Source: Deltaproteobacteria bacterium
Lineage (GTDB): Bacteria; Myxococcota_A; UBA9160; SMWR01
Assembly: GCA_032128375.1 (NCBI GenBank)
Contig: JAQBGU010000212.1
Coordinates: 1-35,555, forward strand
DNA length: 35,555 nucleotides
Direction: 5' to 3'
Shown here: piece by piece, positions 8,881 through 17,383 of the stretch
Position numbering within the stretch: the first letter of the stretch is position 1
Layout: each line of letters begins with the position of its first letter
The notes under the pieces: generated by a model
Seen by the model: only the letters and a program-made list of their open reading frames with translations
Told to the model about the DNA's origin: nothing
The model's database searches: none
Translations under genes and position numbers: made by a program

Positions 8881-8910
8881 TTTTCTTCGTCAGTGAGAAT
8901 CGACTGGGGC

Positions 8911-10359
8911 TCAAGCTTGGAAATTCGCGCTTCCTCGGGCACTTGCGGAGGCTGAGTCGCTTCGTTCGGACACGGGAAGCCGTACATGGAACGCGGAGCC
9001 CCCCGTCTCGCGGCTCTCGTATTCGATCGTGCCTCCGTGAGCCCGCGCGATCTCCATCGCAAGAGCGAGCCCGAGTCCGTGGCCGGGGGCGCGCCCCTGC
9101 TCCCCACGGTAGAAGCTATCGAAGATTCGTCCGCGGTCTTCGATCGCGATTCCGACACCGGTGTCGCGAATCGAAACACACACCCAGTCATTGTGTACTT
9201 CCACCTCGAAATCGATCGTGCCGCACCGTTCCGAATACTTGATCGCGTTGTCCACCAGGTTCGAGAACAGACGATTCATCCAGATCGGGTCTCCAAATAC
9301 GACCGTATGCCGCTGCGGCGGAGCGATCAGCTGGACGCCGCAATTCTCGGCAACCGCGCGATAAAACTCGGCGATGTCCGAGAGGAGGTCGACGAGATCG
9401 AACTCCTTGAGTTGGTTGGGGTCCAGGCCCCCACCCGATCGTGCGATGTCGAGGACCGCGTTCACTGTCGTCCCCAGCAACTCGATGTCCGCGAGGACTC
9501 CCGCGAGGGCTTCACGGTACTCGCCCTTGCCATTCCCTTCGGCCAGCGTGACTTCGATGCGAGTGCGAGCTACACCCAGAGGTGTCAAAAGCTCGTGCGC
9601 AGCCTGCGCAGCGAAACGCCTCATCTGGTCGGTCGAGTGACGCACGCGCTCGAGCATCCGATTCAGCGTCTCGACGAGTTCATCGAGTTCGTCACCTGAA
9701 CCCTGCATCGGAATCCAGCTCTGGTTCCCGAGCAGACTTACACGTTTCGCGGTCATGCTGATATCCTTGATCGACCGCAGGGTCTGACGCGCCAACCACC
9801 ACCCGCCCAACCCGGCCAACATCGCACCGACCAGGAATACCGAGAAAAACAGATCGCGAACCGCCTCGAGTTCGTGCAGGGACGGGCCCCCGTAGATCGC
9901 CGCCCGAGTGAAGCCGCTGTCGCTTGCCTCGACTCGCACGAAGTAGGGAAAAGCGGCGTCTCGTTCCTCTCGATAGATCAGTACGCCGTTTGCGCTGTCA
10001 AGTTCCGACTTCCGGAGTGCCATCGGGAACGGGGCTAGATCGGCTCTCTGGAGCACCAGCTGCAGATCTTGGTCGTAGAGTTCAATTGCGAGTTCGTGCC
10101 CGGTCTCGCTGCTCGCGATAATCGCATCGATCGATTTGGTCAGTGCGGCCAGGTCGTCAGGAGTCCGCGCGATCGTCTCGTTGATCCAGCGAACGTGTTG
10201 ACGCAGCCTTTCGTCGACTCCATCGAGAACTTGGCTCGCGATCCGGTTGTAGGCCAGCCCGGAGAGCAGCAGCAGCAGCAGCGAAGTCGCCGTGGTGTAA
10301 AGCAGTACCCAGCGGGCCCCGGTAGAGAGTCGATGTCTCCTGGCAACAGGCGGCGTCAC
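8911..10359 (-). CDS. Sensor histidine kinase (2 TM, HAMP, HisKA, HATPase), CusS/CzcS-like
   Basis: GDELDELVETLNRML HAMP, AAHELLTPL H-box, NLVDNAIKYS, DTGVGI, GHGLGLALA. Confidence 0.93.
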   Translation of the reverse strand: MTPPVARRHRLSTGARWVLLYTTATSLLLLLLSGLAYNRIASQVLDGVDERLRQHVRWINETIARTPDDLAALTKSIDAIIASSETGHELAIELYDQDLQLVLQRADLAPFPMALRKSELDSANGVLIYREERDAAFPYFVRVEASDSGFTRAAIYGGPSLHELEAVRDLFFSVFLVGAMLAGLGGWWLARQTLRSIKDISMTAKRVSLLGNQSWIPMQGSGDELDELVETLNRMLERVRHSTDQMRRFAAQAAHELLTPLGVARTRIEVTLAEGNGKGEYREALAGVLADIELLGTTVNAVLDIARSGGGLDPNQLKEFDLVDLLSDIAEFYRAVAENCGVQLIAPPQRHTVVFGDPIWMNRLFSNLVDNAIKYSERCGTIDFEVEVHNDWVCVSIRDTGVGIAIEDRGRIFDSFYRGEQGRAPGHGLGLALAMEIARAHGGTIEYESRETGGSAFHVRLPVSERSDSASASARGSANFQA

Positions 10360-10360
10360 G

Positions 10361-11092
10361 CTAGTTCTGCCCGCGATCCTCGAGCATGTAGCCTACGCCC
10401 GCCACAGTATGGATCAGGTATCGATCGTATCCCTGGTCGACCTTCCGACGAAGGTGGTTGATGTGCACGCTGATTACATGGGAGGAAACCTCGAACGCCT
10501 GTCCCCAGACGCGCTCCGTGATCATGGAGCGCGACATTACACGTCCCTCGTTTCGCATCAACAGCTCGAGAAGCGCGAACTCCTTTGGCGTGAGCACCAG
10601 GTGGCGGCCCGCTCGGATGACGCTGTGGCGTGCTGAGTCGAGCACGAGATCAGCCACCTGCATATCGAGGGGTTGTTTTTCGATCTGCACGCGTCGCCGG
10701 ATGGCGCGAATCCGCGCGATCAATTCCTCGAGCGCAAAGGGCTTGGCGAGGTAATCGTCGGCTCCGAGATTGAGTCCGACGATGCGATCGCTGGGTTGGG
10801 AACGCCCCGACAACACCAGAATCGGGGTCTCGACACCCGCCTGTCGCAGTGTGCGCAGAACCACCAGACCATCCATCGAGGGCAGACCGAGATCGAGAAC
10901 GATGATGGAGTAGGGCTGGAGCTTGGCGCGCTCGAGGCCTTCGATGCCATCAGAACACGAGTCGACCTCGATGCCGCGCGATCCGAGACCCCGCTTCACG
11001 AACTCGCGCGCGGTTGCGTTGTCTTCGATGTAGAGGATGCGCAAGACCGGTTCGGCCGAGTATCCCGAATAAGCCGAGTTAGTCGTGTTCAT
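10361..11092 (-). CDS. OmpR-family response regulator (CusR/CzcR-like)
   Basis: YIED, VLDLGLPSMDG, GADDYLAKPF, LTPKEFALL, HINHLRRKVD, IHTVAGVGY. Confidence 0.95.
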   Translation of the reverse strand: MNTTNSAYSGYSAEPVLRILYIEDNATAREFVKRGLGSRGIEVDSCSDGIEGLERAKLQPYSIIVLDLGLPSMDGLVVLRTLRQAGVETPILVLSGRSQPSDRIVGLNLGADDYLAKPFALEELIARIRAIRRRVQIEKQPLDMQVADLVLDSARHSVIRAGRHLVLTPKEFALLELLMRNEGRVMSRSMITERVWGQAFEVSSHVISVHINHLRRKVDQGYDRYLIHTVAGVGYMLEDRGQN

Positions 11093-11467
11093 CTCGAAGA
11101 TCCCCTCTTGAGCATTACTCCTCGGCCATTGATCGGGCGCGCTGAAGCCCGAAGCTGGCGCCGTCGCCCGCTCGCAGAAGCGCTGGTTCCACTCGCAGGG
11201 TATTTGTTCGATGGGAAGCGAAGTCCCGCTGGACGTCCCGCTTTGGTAGTCGCGGATCTCTCGACAACGTCGTTGAGGATCTTACCCTGGGTTTCGCACG
11301 CGGAGCGCGGTAACAATCGGACAGAGAACCTGATTGCGGCCAACAGTCGCCGAATTGATTCGGGCCCCGTTTGCACTTGGAATCAGAGTTGGGCGCCGGC
11401 GTTCACTACCCGAGCACCACCGGCATTTGAACGTGCAGCCATCACGACAGTTCGACAGGAGACAGGT

Positions 11468-12043
11468 ATGGGCAAAAGGGACCCCAGCACGCTGGACGAA
11501 CGCCTTCAGGAGCTCGTCGCACAGGCCCAGGTCGGTAAGCCGGGACCGCCGGTCCGCGACCCGGTGAACCGCCCGATGATCCACCACTGGTGCGACGCGA
11601 TCGGAGACGCGAATCCAGTCTATACCGACGAGGCGGCCGCCAACAGCAGCGTACATGGCGGCATCGTGGCACCGCCAACGATGCTTCAGGCCTGGAGCAT
11701 GCCGGGGCTCAATGGGCGCGGCCCTTCTCTGCCAGCGGATCAACGAGCCAAACCGCCGGCGGTCGCGACCGGCGTCGGGCCCATCGGTTTGCTGCAGGAA
11801 GCCGGCTACACCTCCGTAGTCGCGACGGATTGCGAGCAGGACTACATGCGCTACTTGCGTCCTGGCGACACGATCAGGGTTCGTGGTGAACTCGAGTCCG
11901 TATCGGGCGAGAAGAAGACCGGGCTGGGCGTCGGCTACTTCGTGACCAACAAGTCCACCTACTACGACCAAGACGGTGAGGTCGTCGCAGAGATGCGATT
12001 TCGCACCCTATGGTTCAAGCCTCCGAAAAGGACAAAGCGCTGA
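11468..12043 (+). CDS. MaoC-like hot-dog hydratase subunit, ChsH2 N-terminal-domain-like, no DUF35
   Basis: DPVNRPMIHHWCDAIGDANPVY, APPTMLQAWSM, KKTGLGVGYFVT; ends at LWFKP; AGGAG RBS. Confidence 0.88.
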   Translation: MGKRDPSTLDERLQELVAQAQVGKPGPPVRDPVNRPMIHHWCDAIGDANPVYTDEAAANSSVHGGIVAPPTMLQAWSMPGLNGRGPSLPADQRAKPPAVATGVGPIGLLQEAGYTSVVATDCEQDYMRYLRPGDTIRVRGELESVSGEKKTGLGVGYFVTNKSTYYDQDGEVVAEMRFRTLWFKPPKRTKR

Positions 12044-12140
12044 CCGGGTCCGATCGGCTCGCGATATGTTGGCACCCACTCAGCCCAGGAACCCTCTCAC
12101 GAAGCCCCACAGAACAACCACGGGGAACTACGGAGCCCGC

Positions 12141-13268
12141 ATGAATTTCGGATTCAACGAAGAGCAGGAACGGCTGCGCCACGAAGTGCGCAAGTTCCTC
12201 GACGAGCAGTGCCCCTTGGAAATGGTTCGAAAGCTTGCAAAGACGCCGTCGGGTTACTCGCCCGAGTTGTGGAAGCAACTTGCGGAACTCGGCTGGCTCG
12301 GGTTGATCCTGCCTGAAGAATACGGCGGCGGCGGCATGGGCTGGGTCGATCTCACGGTGCTGCTCGAGGAAGTCGGACGTTCGCTGTTTCCCGGGCCTCT
12401 CGTTTCGACGCTGCTCGCGGGCGCAGCGATCGCAGATGGCGGCAACGCCTCGCAACGCAGCCGCTGGTTGCCGGGCCTGGCCGACGGCAGCCGCATCGGA
12501 ACGCTCGCGTTCTTCGACGCGAGCAGCTATTTCGGGCCGGAGGGAATCGCCCTGCAAGCCGAGCGCGACGGCGACGCGTATGTGATTACTGGCGAGATGC
12601 TGTCGGTCCCCGATGTCGCGGAGGCAAACCTCTTCCTCCTGGCGTTTCGCTCCGACGCGTCGGGTGGCAACGTGACGCTCGCCGTCATCGAGGGGGACTC
12701 GCCGGGGCTGACATCGACCACGCGTGCCGGGATCGACACCACCAAACGCTTCGGGACGCTTCGCCTCGAAGGGGTGCGAGTGGCCCGCGACGCTGTGTTG
12801 GGCGAGCCGAACGCGGGCTGGAACCTCGCGGCCACGTCGCTCGACCGGGGCGCTGCAGCGATCACCGCAGAGATCATCGGTGCCGCTGAGGCACTCACCT
12901 CGATCACCGTGCAGTATGCCAAGGACCGCGTGCAGTTCGGCAACCCCATTGGTCATTACCAGGGTGTGAAGCATCCGCTCGCTGAAGCCTATGTGGACTG
13001 CGAGTGCATGAAGTCGCTCGCCTACTACGCCGCCTGGGCGCTCGACGAAAGCCCGCAGGATGTGGCAGCGGCCGTCTCGAAAGCGAAAGGCTTCGCCAGT
13101 GAAGCCTTTACCCGAATCGGTGTCACGGGTATACAACTTCACGGAGCAGTCGGGTACACAGAGGAGTACGATTGCCAATTGTATCTCAAGCGCTCGAAGT
13201 GGGCCCGGCCCGCCTACGGGGACGAGGGCTACCACTACGAACGTGTTGCGACCCTTGGGGGCGTATGA
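12141..13268 (+). CDS. Acyl-CoA dehydrogenase, alpha-type subunit of a heteromeric ACAD
   Basis: MNFGFNEEQ, LPEEYGGGG, RVQFGNPIGHYQGVKH, IQLHGAVGYT. Confidence 0.92.
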   Translation: MNFGFNEEQERLRHEVRKFLDEQCPLEMVRKLAKTPSGYSPELWKQLAELGWLGLILPEEYGGGGMGWVDLTVLLEEVGRSLFPGPLVSTLLAGAAIADGGNASQRSRWLPGLADGSRIGTLAFFDASSYFGPEGIALQAERDGDAYVITGEMLSVPDVAEANLFLLAFRSDASGGNVTLAVIEGDSPGLTSTTRAGIDTTKRFGTLRLEGVRVARDAVLGEPNAGWNLAATSLDRGAAAITAEIIGAAEALTSITVQYAKDRVQFGNPIGHYQGVKHPLAEAYVDCECMKSLAYYAAWALDESPQDVAAAVSKAKGFASEAFTRIGVTGIQLHGAVGYTEEYDCQLYLKRSKWARPAYGDEGYHYERVATLGGV

Positions 13269-14407
13269 TGGACTTCAATTTCACAGGGCAAGACGAGGTC
13301 TTCCGCGCCGAGGTGCGAGCCTTCATCGAAGCGAACAACCCGCCGGGCAGCGGATTGAATCTCCGGCCGGAGGACATCACGGCTTGGAACGAAAAACTCG
13401 CCGAAAAACGCTGGATCGGTTTTTCCTGGCCACAGGAAGACGGCGGTGGTGGTGGCAGCCTGATCGAGCAGTTCATTCTGAAAGAAGAGATGTCGAAGGC
13501 TCACGCGCCTGCACTCGGCAGCGACTTCATGGGGCTTGCCTGGGTTGGCCCCGCGCTGATTCGCCACGGTACCAACGCACAGAAGGAGCGTTTCCTTCCC
13601 GACCTGCTCAGTGGCCGCAGCCGCTGGTGCACGGGGTACTCCGAGCCCGACATCGGCAGCGATCTCGCCGGACTCCAGACGAAAGCGCAAGATGACGGGG
13701 ACGACTACCGGGTCAACGGCCAGAAAATTTGGACTACGGCGGCGCACACTGCAAAGTGGATCTTCATGATGGTCCGCACGACTGCAGAAAGTGAGTCGCG
13801 CTACGGCGGCATCACCTGCCTGCTCGTCCCGATGGACAGCCCGGGTATCGAGGTACAGCCCATCCACAGCTTGGTTGGCTACCACAGCTTCAACCAGGTG
13901 TTTTTCAACGACGTGCGCGTGCCGAAGGAGAACCGTCTCGGCGCCGAGGGCGAGGGGTGGAAGGTCGTGATGGGCGCGCTCGCAAACGAGCGCTCCGGAA
14001 TCTCCGAATCCACGGGCATGGAGCGCCAACTCGACGACTTGAAGGAACTCGCGCGCGGCTCGACGAGAAATGGCAAGCCTGCGCTCGACGATCCATCGGT
14101 GCGCCGAGAGCTGGGGCGCTACGAGAGCATGATTTCGGCAATGCGACTCAACGGCCTACGCAACCTGACGCGACAGCTCCAGGGCAATCCACCGTCGACG
14201 GAAACCTCAGTCAACAAGCTCCTGCGCGGCCAGCTCGAGATCCCCATGGCGGACTTCGCGATGTCGCTTCTGGGCAGCGACTCCCAGGAATCGGGACGCT
14301 GGCAATTGAGTTCTCTGACCTTACATGGTGTCGTGATAGGCGGCGGATCGCCGAACATCCAACGCAACATCATCGCCGAGCGCATTCTGGGTCTGCCCAA
14401 GGACTGA
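13265..14407 (+). CDS. Acyl-CoA dehydrogenase, catalytic beta-type subunit (FadE29/ChsE-like)
   Basis: WCTGYSEPDIGSDLA, NGQKIWTT, LANER (candidate catalytic Glu), IGGGSPNIQRNIIAERILGLP; ATGA overlap with the upstream ACAD. Confidence 0.92.
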   Translation: MMDFNFTGQDEVFRAEVRAFIEANNPPGSGLNLRPEDITAWNEKLAEKRWIGFSWPQEDGGGGGSLIEQFILKEEMSKAHAPALGSDFMGLAWVGPALIRHGTNAQKERFLPDLLSGRSRWCTGYSEPDIGSDLAGLQTKAQDDGDDYRVNGQKIWTTAAHTAKWIFMMVRTTAESESRYGGITCLLVPMDSPGIEVQPIHSLVGYHSFNQVFFNDVRVPKENRLGAEGEGWKVVMGALANERSGISESTGMERQLDDLKELARGSTRNGKPALDDPSVRRELGRYESMISAMRLNGLRNLTRQLQGNPPSTETSVNKLLRGQLEIPMADFAMSLLGSDSQESGRWQLSSLTLHGVVIGGGSPNIQRNIIAERILGLPKD

Positions 14408-14486
14408 AGGGTTGGAACCCTTGTCGAACGGGTCTCCGAACAAGACTCGCTAAGAAGATTCTCCCAAAAAAACGAGGGCCCTACTC

Positions 14487-14924
14487 ATGAGCGAATTTCC
14501 GGAGACCTTGCACTACAACGCGGTCAGGGTGGGGCAGACTTTGCCCGAGCTGGTCATCGATCTGACACCGACGGTCATCGTTTCCACCGCGATCGCCTCG
14601 CGCGATTACCAGGACGTCCACCACGACCGCGACCTGGCAGAGCAACGCGGCTCCAAGGACATTTTCATGAACATCCTGAGCAGCAATGGCTTCGTCGGTC
14701 GCTTCGTTACGGACTGGGCGGGACCCAACGCGATCCTCAAACGAGTCGCCATCCGGTTGGGCGCGCCCAATTACCCTTACGACAAGATGACGCTGACGGG
14801 TGAGGTCACGAGCAAGCAAGTCATCGACGGCGAGGGCATCGTCGAATTGTTCGTCCGCGGTGCCAACGGGCTGGGCGACCACGTGACAGGAACCGTGAGG
14901 CTCGCGCTTCCCCGGGGATCGTGA
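14487..14924 (+). CDS. MaoC-like enoyl-CoA hydratase subunit, ChsH1-like
   Basis: RDYQDVHHD Asp/His dyad motif, GSKDIFMNIL, TDWAGP, IRLGAP. Confidence 0.9.
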   Translation: MSEFPETLHYNAVRVGQTLPELVIDLTPTVIVSTAIASRDYQDVHHDRDLAEQRGSKDIFMNILSSNGFVGRFVTDWAGPNAILKRVAIRLGAPNYPYDKMTLTGEVTSKQVIDGEGIVELFVRGANGLGDHVTGTVRLALPRGS

Positions 14925-14968
14925 CTCGAACAAAGTGGTAGACTTTGATCCAAAACAAGGAGCCCCCA

Positions 14969-16156
14969 ATGCGTACTGAGCTGTGTGACATGTTCGGCAT
15001 CGATGTACCGATTTTCGCCTTCAGTCATTGCCGCGACGTCGTCGCAGCGGTCACCAACGCAGGAGGCCTCGGCGTGCTGGGCGCGCTCGCCTTTTCGGAT
15101 GAGCAGCTGGAGCTCGAGCTGAAGTGGATCGATGAAAACGTCGGCGGCAAACCGTACGGGGTCGACGTGGTCATGCCGGCCAGCTATGCGGGCAAGAGTG
15201 AGGGGCTCGGAGATCGAGACAAAAATACCGGAAAAGTGGATGCCAAAGTCTTCCAGGACTTGATACCGATGGAGACCCGCGAGTGGATCGAGCGAGTGCT
15301 GGAGGAGTACGATGTACCGCCGCTCCCCGACACCGTTGAACTCGACGAGAGCGTCGGAGGAGGCAGCTCTGGACTGCTCGGTTGGACCGATGGAGGCGGC
15401 CGTGGTCAGGTGGCCATCGCACTCGATCATCCGATCTGCCTGTTGGTCAATGCGCTGGGACCACCGCCGAAGGACATCATCGAGCTCGCACATGAGCACG
15501 GGGTCAAGGTGGCGGCGCTCACCGGCGCGGTAGAGCACGCGTTGCGCCAGAAGCAGCAGGGAGTCGACATCATCATCGCCCAGGGCACGGAGGCTGGGGG
15601 CCATACCGGAGAGATCGGCTCGATGGTGCTCCTGCCCGACATCGTCGACGCAGTCTCGCCGACTCCGGTGTTAGGCGCAGGTGGCATCGGCAGCGGTCGA
15701 CAGGCCGCCGCGGCGCTGGCGCTCGGCGCTCAGGGCGTCTGGACCGGCTCGATCTGGCTCGGCGTCAGCGAGAGCGACATGTCCCCATTCCTCAAACAGA
15801 AGCTCAAGGCCGCCGGATCGAAAGATGCGGTGCGGTCGAAAACTCTTTCGGGCAAGCCCGCCCGCCTGCTGAAGACGGCTTGGACCGAGGCCTGGCTGCG
15901 CGATGACTGCCCAGGCACGCTTCCCATGCCGCTTCAGTACATGGCGTGTGCAGAGGCCCAGACCCGAATCAGTCTGGCGGCGCGAAAGGACGGGGCAAAG
16001 GCCCGCGACCTGGTGGGCATCCCGGTGGGCCAGATCGTGAGCCGCATGGTCGAGGAGGAGACCTCTGCCGAGGTGATCTACCGCTTCATCGAAGAATTCA
16101 TCGAATCTGTCGAGCGGCTCAACGGCATGATGGCGGCAGCGGAAGATCGAGGCTGA
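14969..16156 (+). CDS. Nitronate monooxygenase / FabK-like FMN oxidoreductase family protein
   Basis: PIFAFSHCRDVVAAVTNAGGLGVLGA, AQGTEAGGHTG, AGGIGSG, SGKPAR; AGGAG RBS. Confidence 0.9.
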   Translation: MRTELCDMFGIDVPIFAFSHCRDVVAAVTNAGGLGVLGALAFSDEQLELELKWIDENVGGKPYGVDVVMPASYAGKSEGLGDRDKNTGKVDAKVFQDLIPMETREWIERVLEEYDVPPLPDTVELDESVGGGSSGLLGWTDGGGRGQVAIALDHPICLLVNALGPPPKDIIELAHEHGVKVAALTGAVEHALRQKQQGVDIIIAQGTEAGGHTGEIGSMVLLPDIVDAVSPTPVLGAGGIGSGRQAAAALALGAQGVWTGSIWLGVSESDMSPFLKQKLKAAGSKDAVRSKTLSGKPARLLKTAWTEAWLRDDCPGTLPMPLQYMACAEAQTRISLAARKDGAKARDLVGIPVGQIVSRMVEEETSAEVIYRFIEEFIESVERLNGMMAAAEDRG

Positions 16157-16281
16157 CCCGGATCGGACTAGCACGCTGTTCGCTGGTCCCTTCGCCGGGT
16201 ACTCTGACATCGATGAGCCCGGTTCGAAATCCTGTTGCAGAGCACTCGCAGTCTCCATCGAACGCTGACTGAGGATTCGCA

Positions 16282-17307
16282 ATGACACGATTGATCTACA
16301 CCGAAACAGAGCTGATGCAGTCCATCCAATATTGCGCACCGCAGATCGAAGCCGGCCAGCGCCTTCACGGCGGCTTCGACGACTCGGGATGCTACGTGCC
16401 TCCCCGTACGCTGTTTCGAGAGCCAGCCTTCGCTGCGTGGACACAACAGCTCCGGGGTCGCGGCGCCGACCTGATGCACGCCGACGCGTCTCTGCTGGCG
16501 GGACTTCGATTTCCCAGCCTCGAACAGCAAAAGCTCTTGTTGCTGGAGGGACTCGGGCAGTCGTTCTGGAACACCCTGACGATTACTGGCCGCATCGAGG
16601 GCAAGGGAAGGCTGCTGGCCGAGATCGCGTGGTCCAACTTACAGGACGTCATCGAACAGGACATCTCCCAGATGGCGATTGGCCACCTGAACAAGGGGCT
16701 GCTGAAGGCGCACGGCATCGATGAAGGCGGACAGCCCGACCTCGGAATCGGAGGCCACGACACCATGTGGTTCGCGCTTCGAGACCTCGCATTCGGCTCG
16801 GTCGATTTCCCCGAGCCGCCCGACCCCGGAGACATCCGGCGCCCCGAGGACGCGCAGCGACAAGTTCCGCCGATCAGCCCCGCCCACCACGGCATGATCT
16901 ATTTCCTGCTCAACTTGCTCCTGATCGAGTTTCGCGCAGAGCGGGGCTTCGCCATGACAGAACAGCTGCTGCGCGACCCCGACCTGTTTGCAGACAGACG
17001 CGAGGAAGCGGAACGCGCCGCGCAGATCGTCGATCGCATCCGCCAGGACGAGGTGATCCACGTCATGTCGCTGCGGCTCTATCTCGGCGGAATTCGCAGT
17101 CTACCATTCAAGACCACTGACGGCGGCAGCATTTCCGGTAGCGAGATCGTGGACCCATTCTGGGCAGAGATATCGCATTGGGCCACCGATGAGCAGCCGA
17201 AACTCGTCGCCGCAGACCAGCGCAAACTCTACCGCGAGCGCATCCTGGCTCATCCAGATGGCGAACGCATCTTGAATGAGTTCCGGGCGCTGGAAGAAAC
17301 CGTCTAA
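16282..17307 (+). CDS. Hypothetical protein, probable ferritin-like diiron fold
   Basis: Helical protein with IEGKG, DEGG..GHD, IEFRAE and DEVIH, an E / DE..H / E / DExxH arrangement; GAGG RBS. Confidence 0.6.
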   Translation: MTRLIYTETELMQSIQYCAPQIEAGQRLHGGFDDSGCYVPPRTLFREPAFAAWTQQLRGRGADLMHADASLLAGLRFPSLEQQKLLLLEGLGQSFWNTLTITGRIEGKGRLLAEIAWSNLQDVIEQDISQMAIGHLNKGLLKAHGIDEGGQPDLGIGGHDTMWFALRDLAFGSVDFPEPPDPGDIRRPEDAQRQVPPISPAHHGMIYFLLNLLLIEFRAERGFAMTEQLLRDPDLFADRREEAERAAQIVDRIRQDEVIHVMSLRLYLGGIRSLPFKTTDGGSISGSEIVDPFWAEISHWATDEQPKLVAADQRKLYRERILAHPDGERILNEFRALEETV

Positions 17308-17383
17308 AGATCAAGGACATGCAGTGATGACACGCGAAACAGAGCATCGAAAAAAGAGTCCTCAATGAACGGAGGTAGCCTCC

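Noticed and set aside
9578..9600. H-box HELLTPL instead of HELRTPL in the kinase
   Set aside because: The phospho-His and all ATP-binding boxes are intact; single substitutions here are unremarkable
10673..11467. Long N-terminal extension of the ChsH2-like ORF (likewise 24792-25919, 724-1968 and 2068-2895)
   Set aside because: The extensions overlap opposite-strand or neighbouring genes; family similarity, usually with an RBS, begins at the shorter starts
11093..11467. KstR/KstR2 operator upstream of the igr-like cluster
   Set aside because: No convincing TnnAACnnGTTnnA or AnCAAGnnCTTGnT match; only a short CAAC-GTC-GTTG palindrome
12068..12083. TTGGCAC-N-CAGC as a sigma54 promoter before the ACAD genes
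   Set aside because: GG-N10-GC spacing fits but the -12 element lacks TTGC, and it lies inside a probable operon
14407..14424. AAGGGTT-GG-AACCCTT hairpin after the ACAD stop
   Set aside because: Short stem with no U-tract inside a likely operon; too weak to call a terminator
16219..16236. GGTTCGAAATCC resembling a tRNA T-loop
   Set aside because: No T-stem, acceptor stem or anticodon arm can be formed around it
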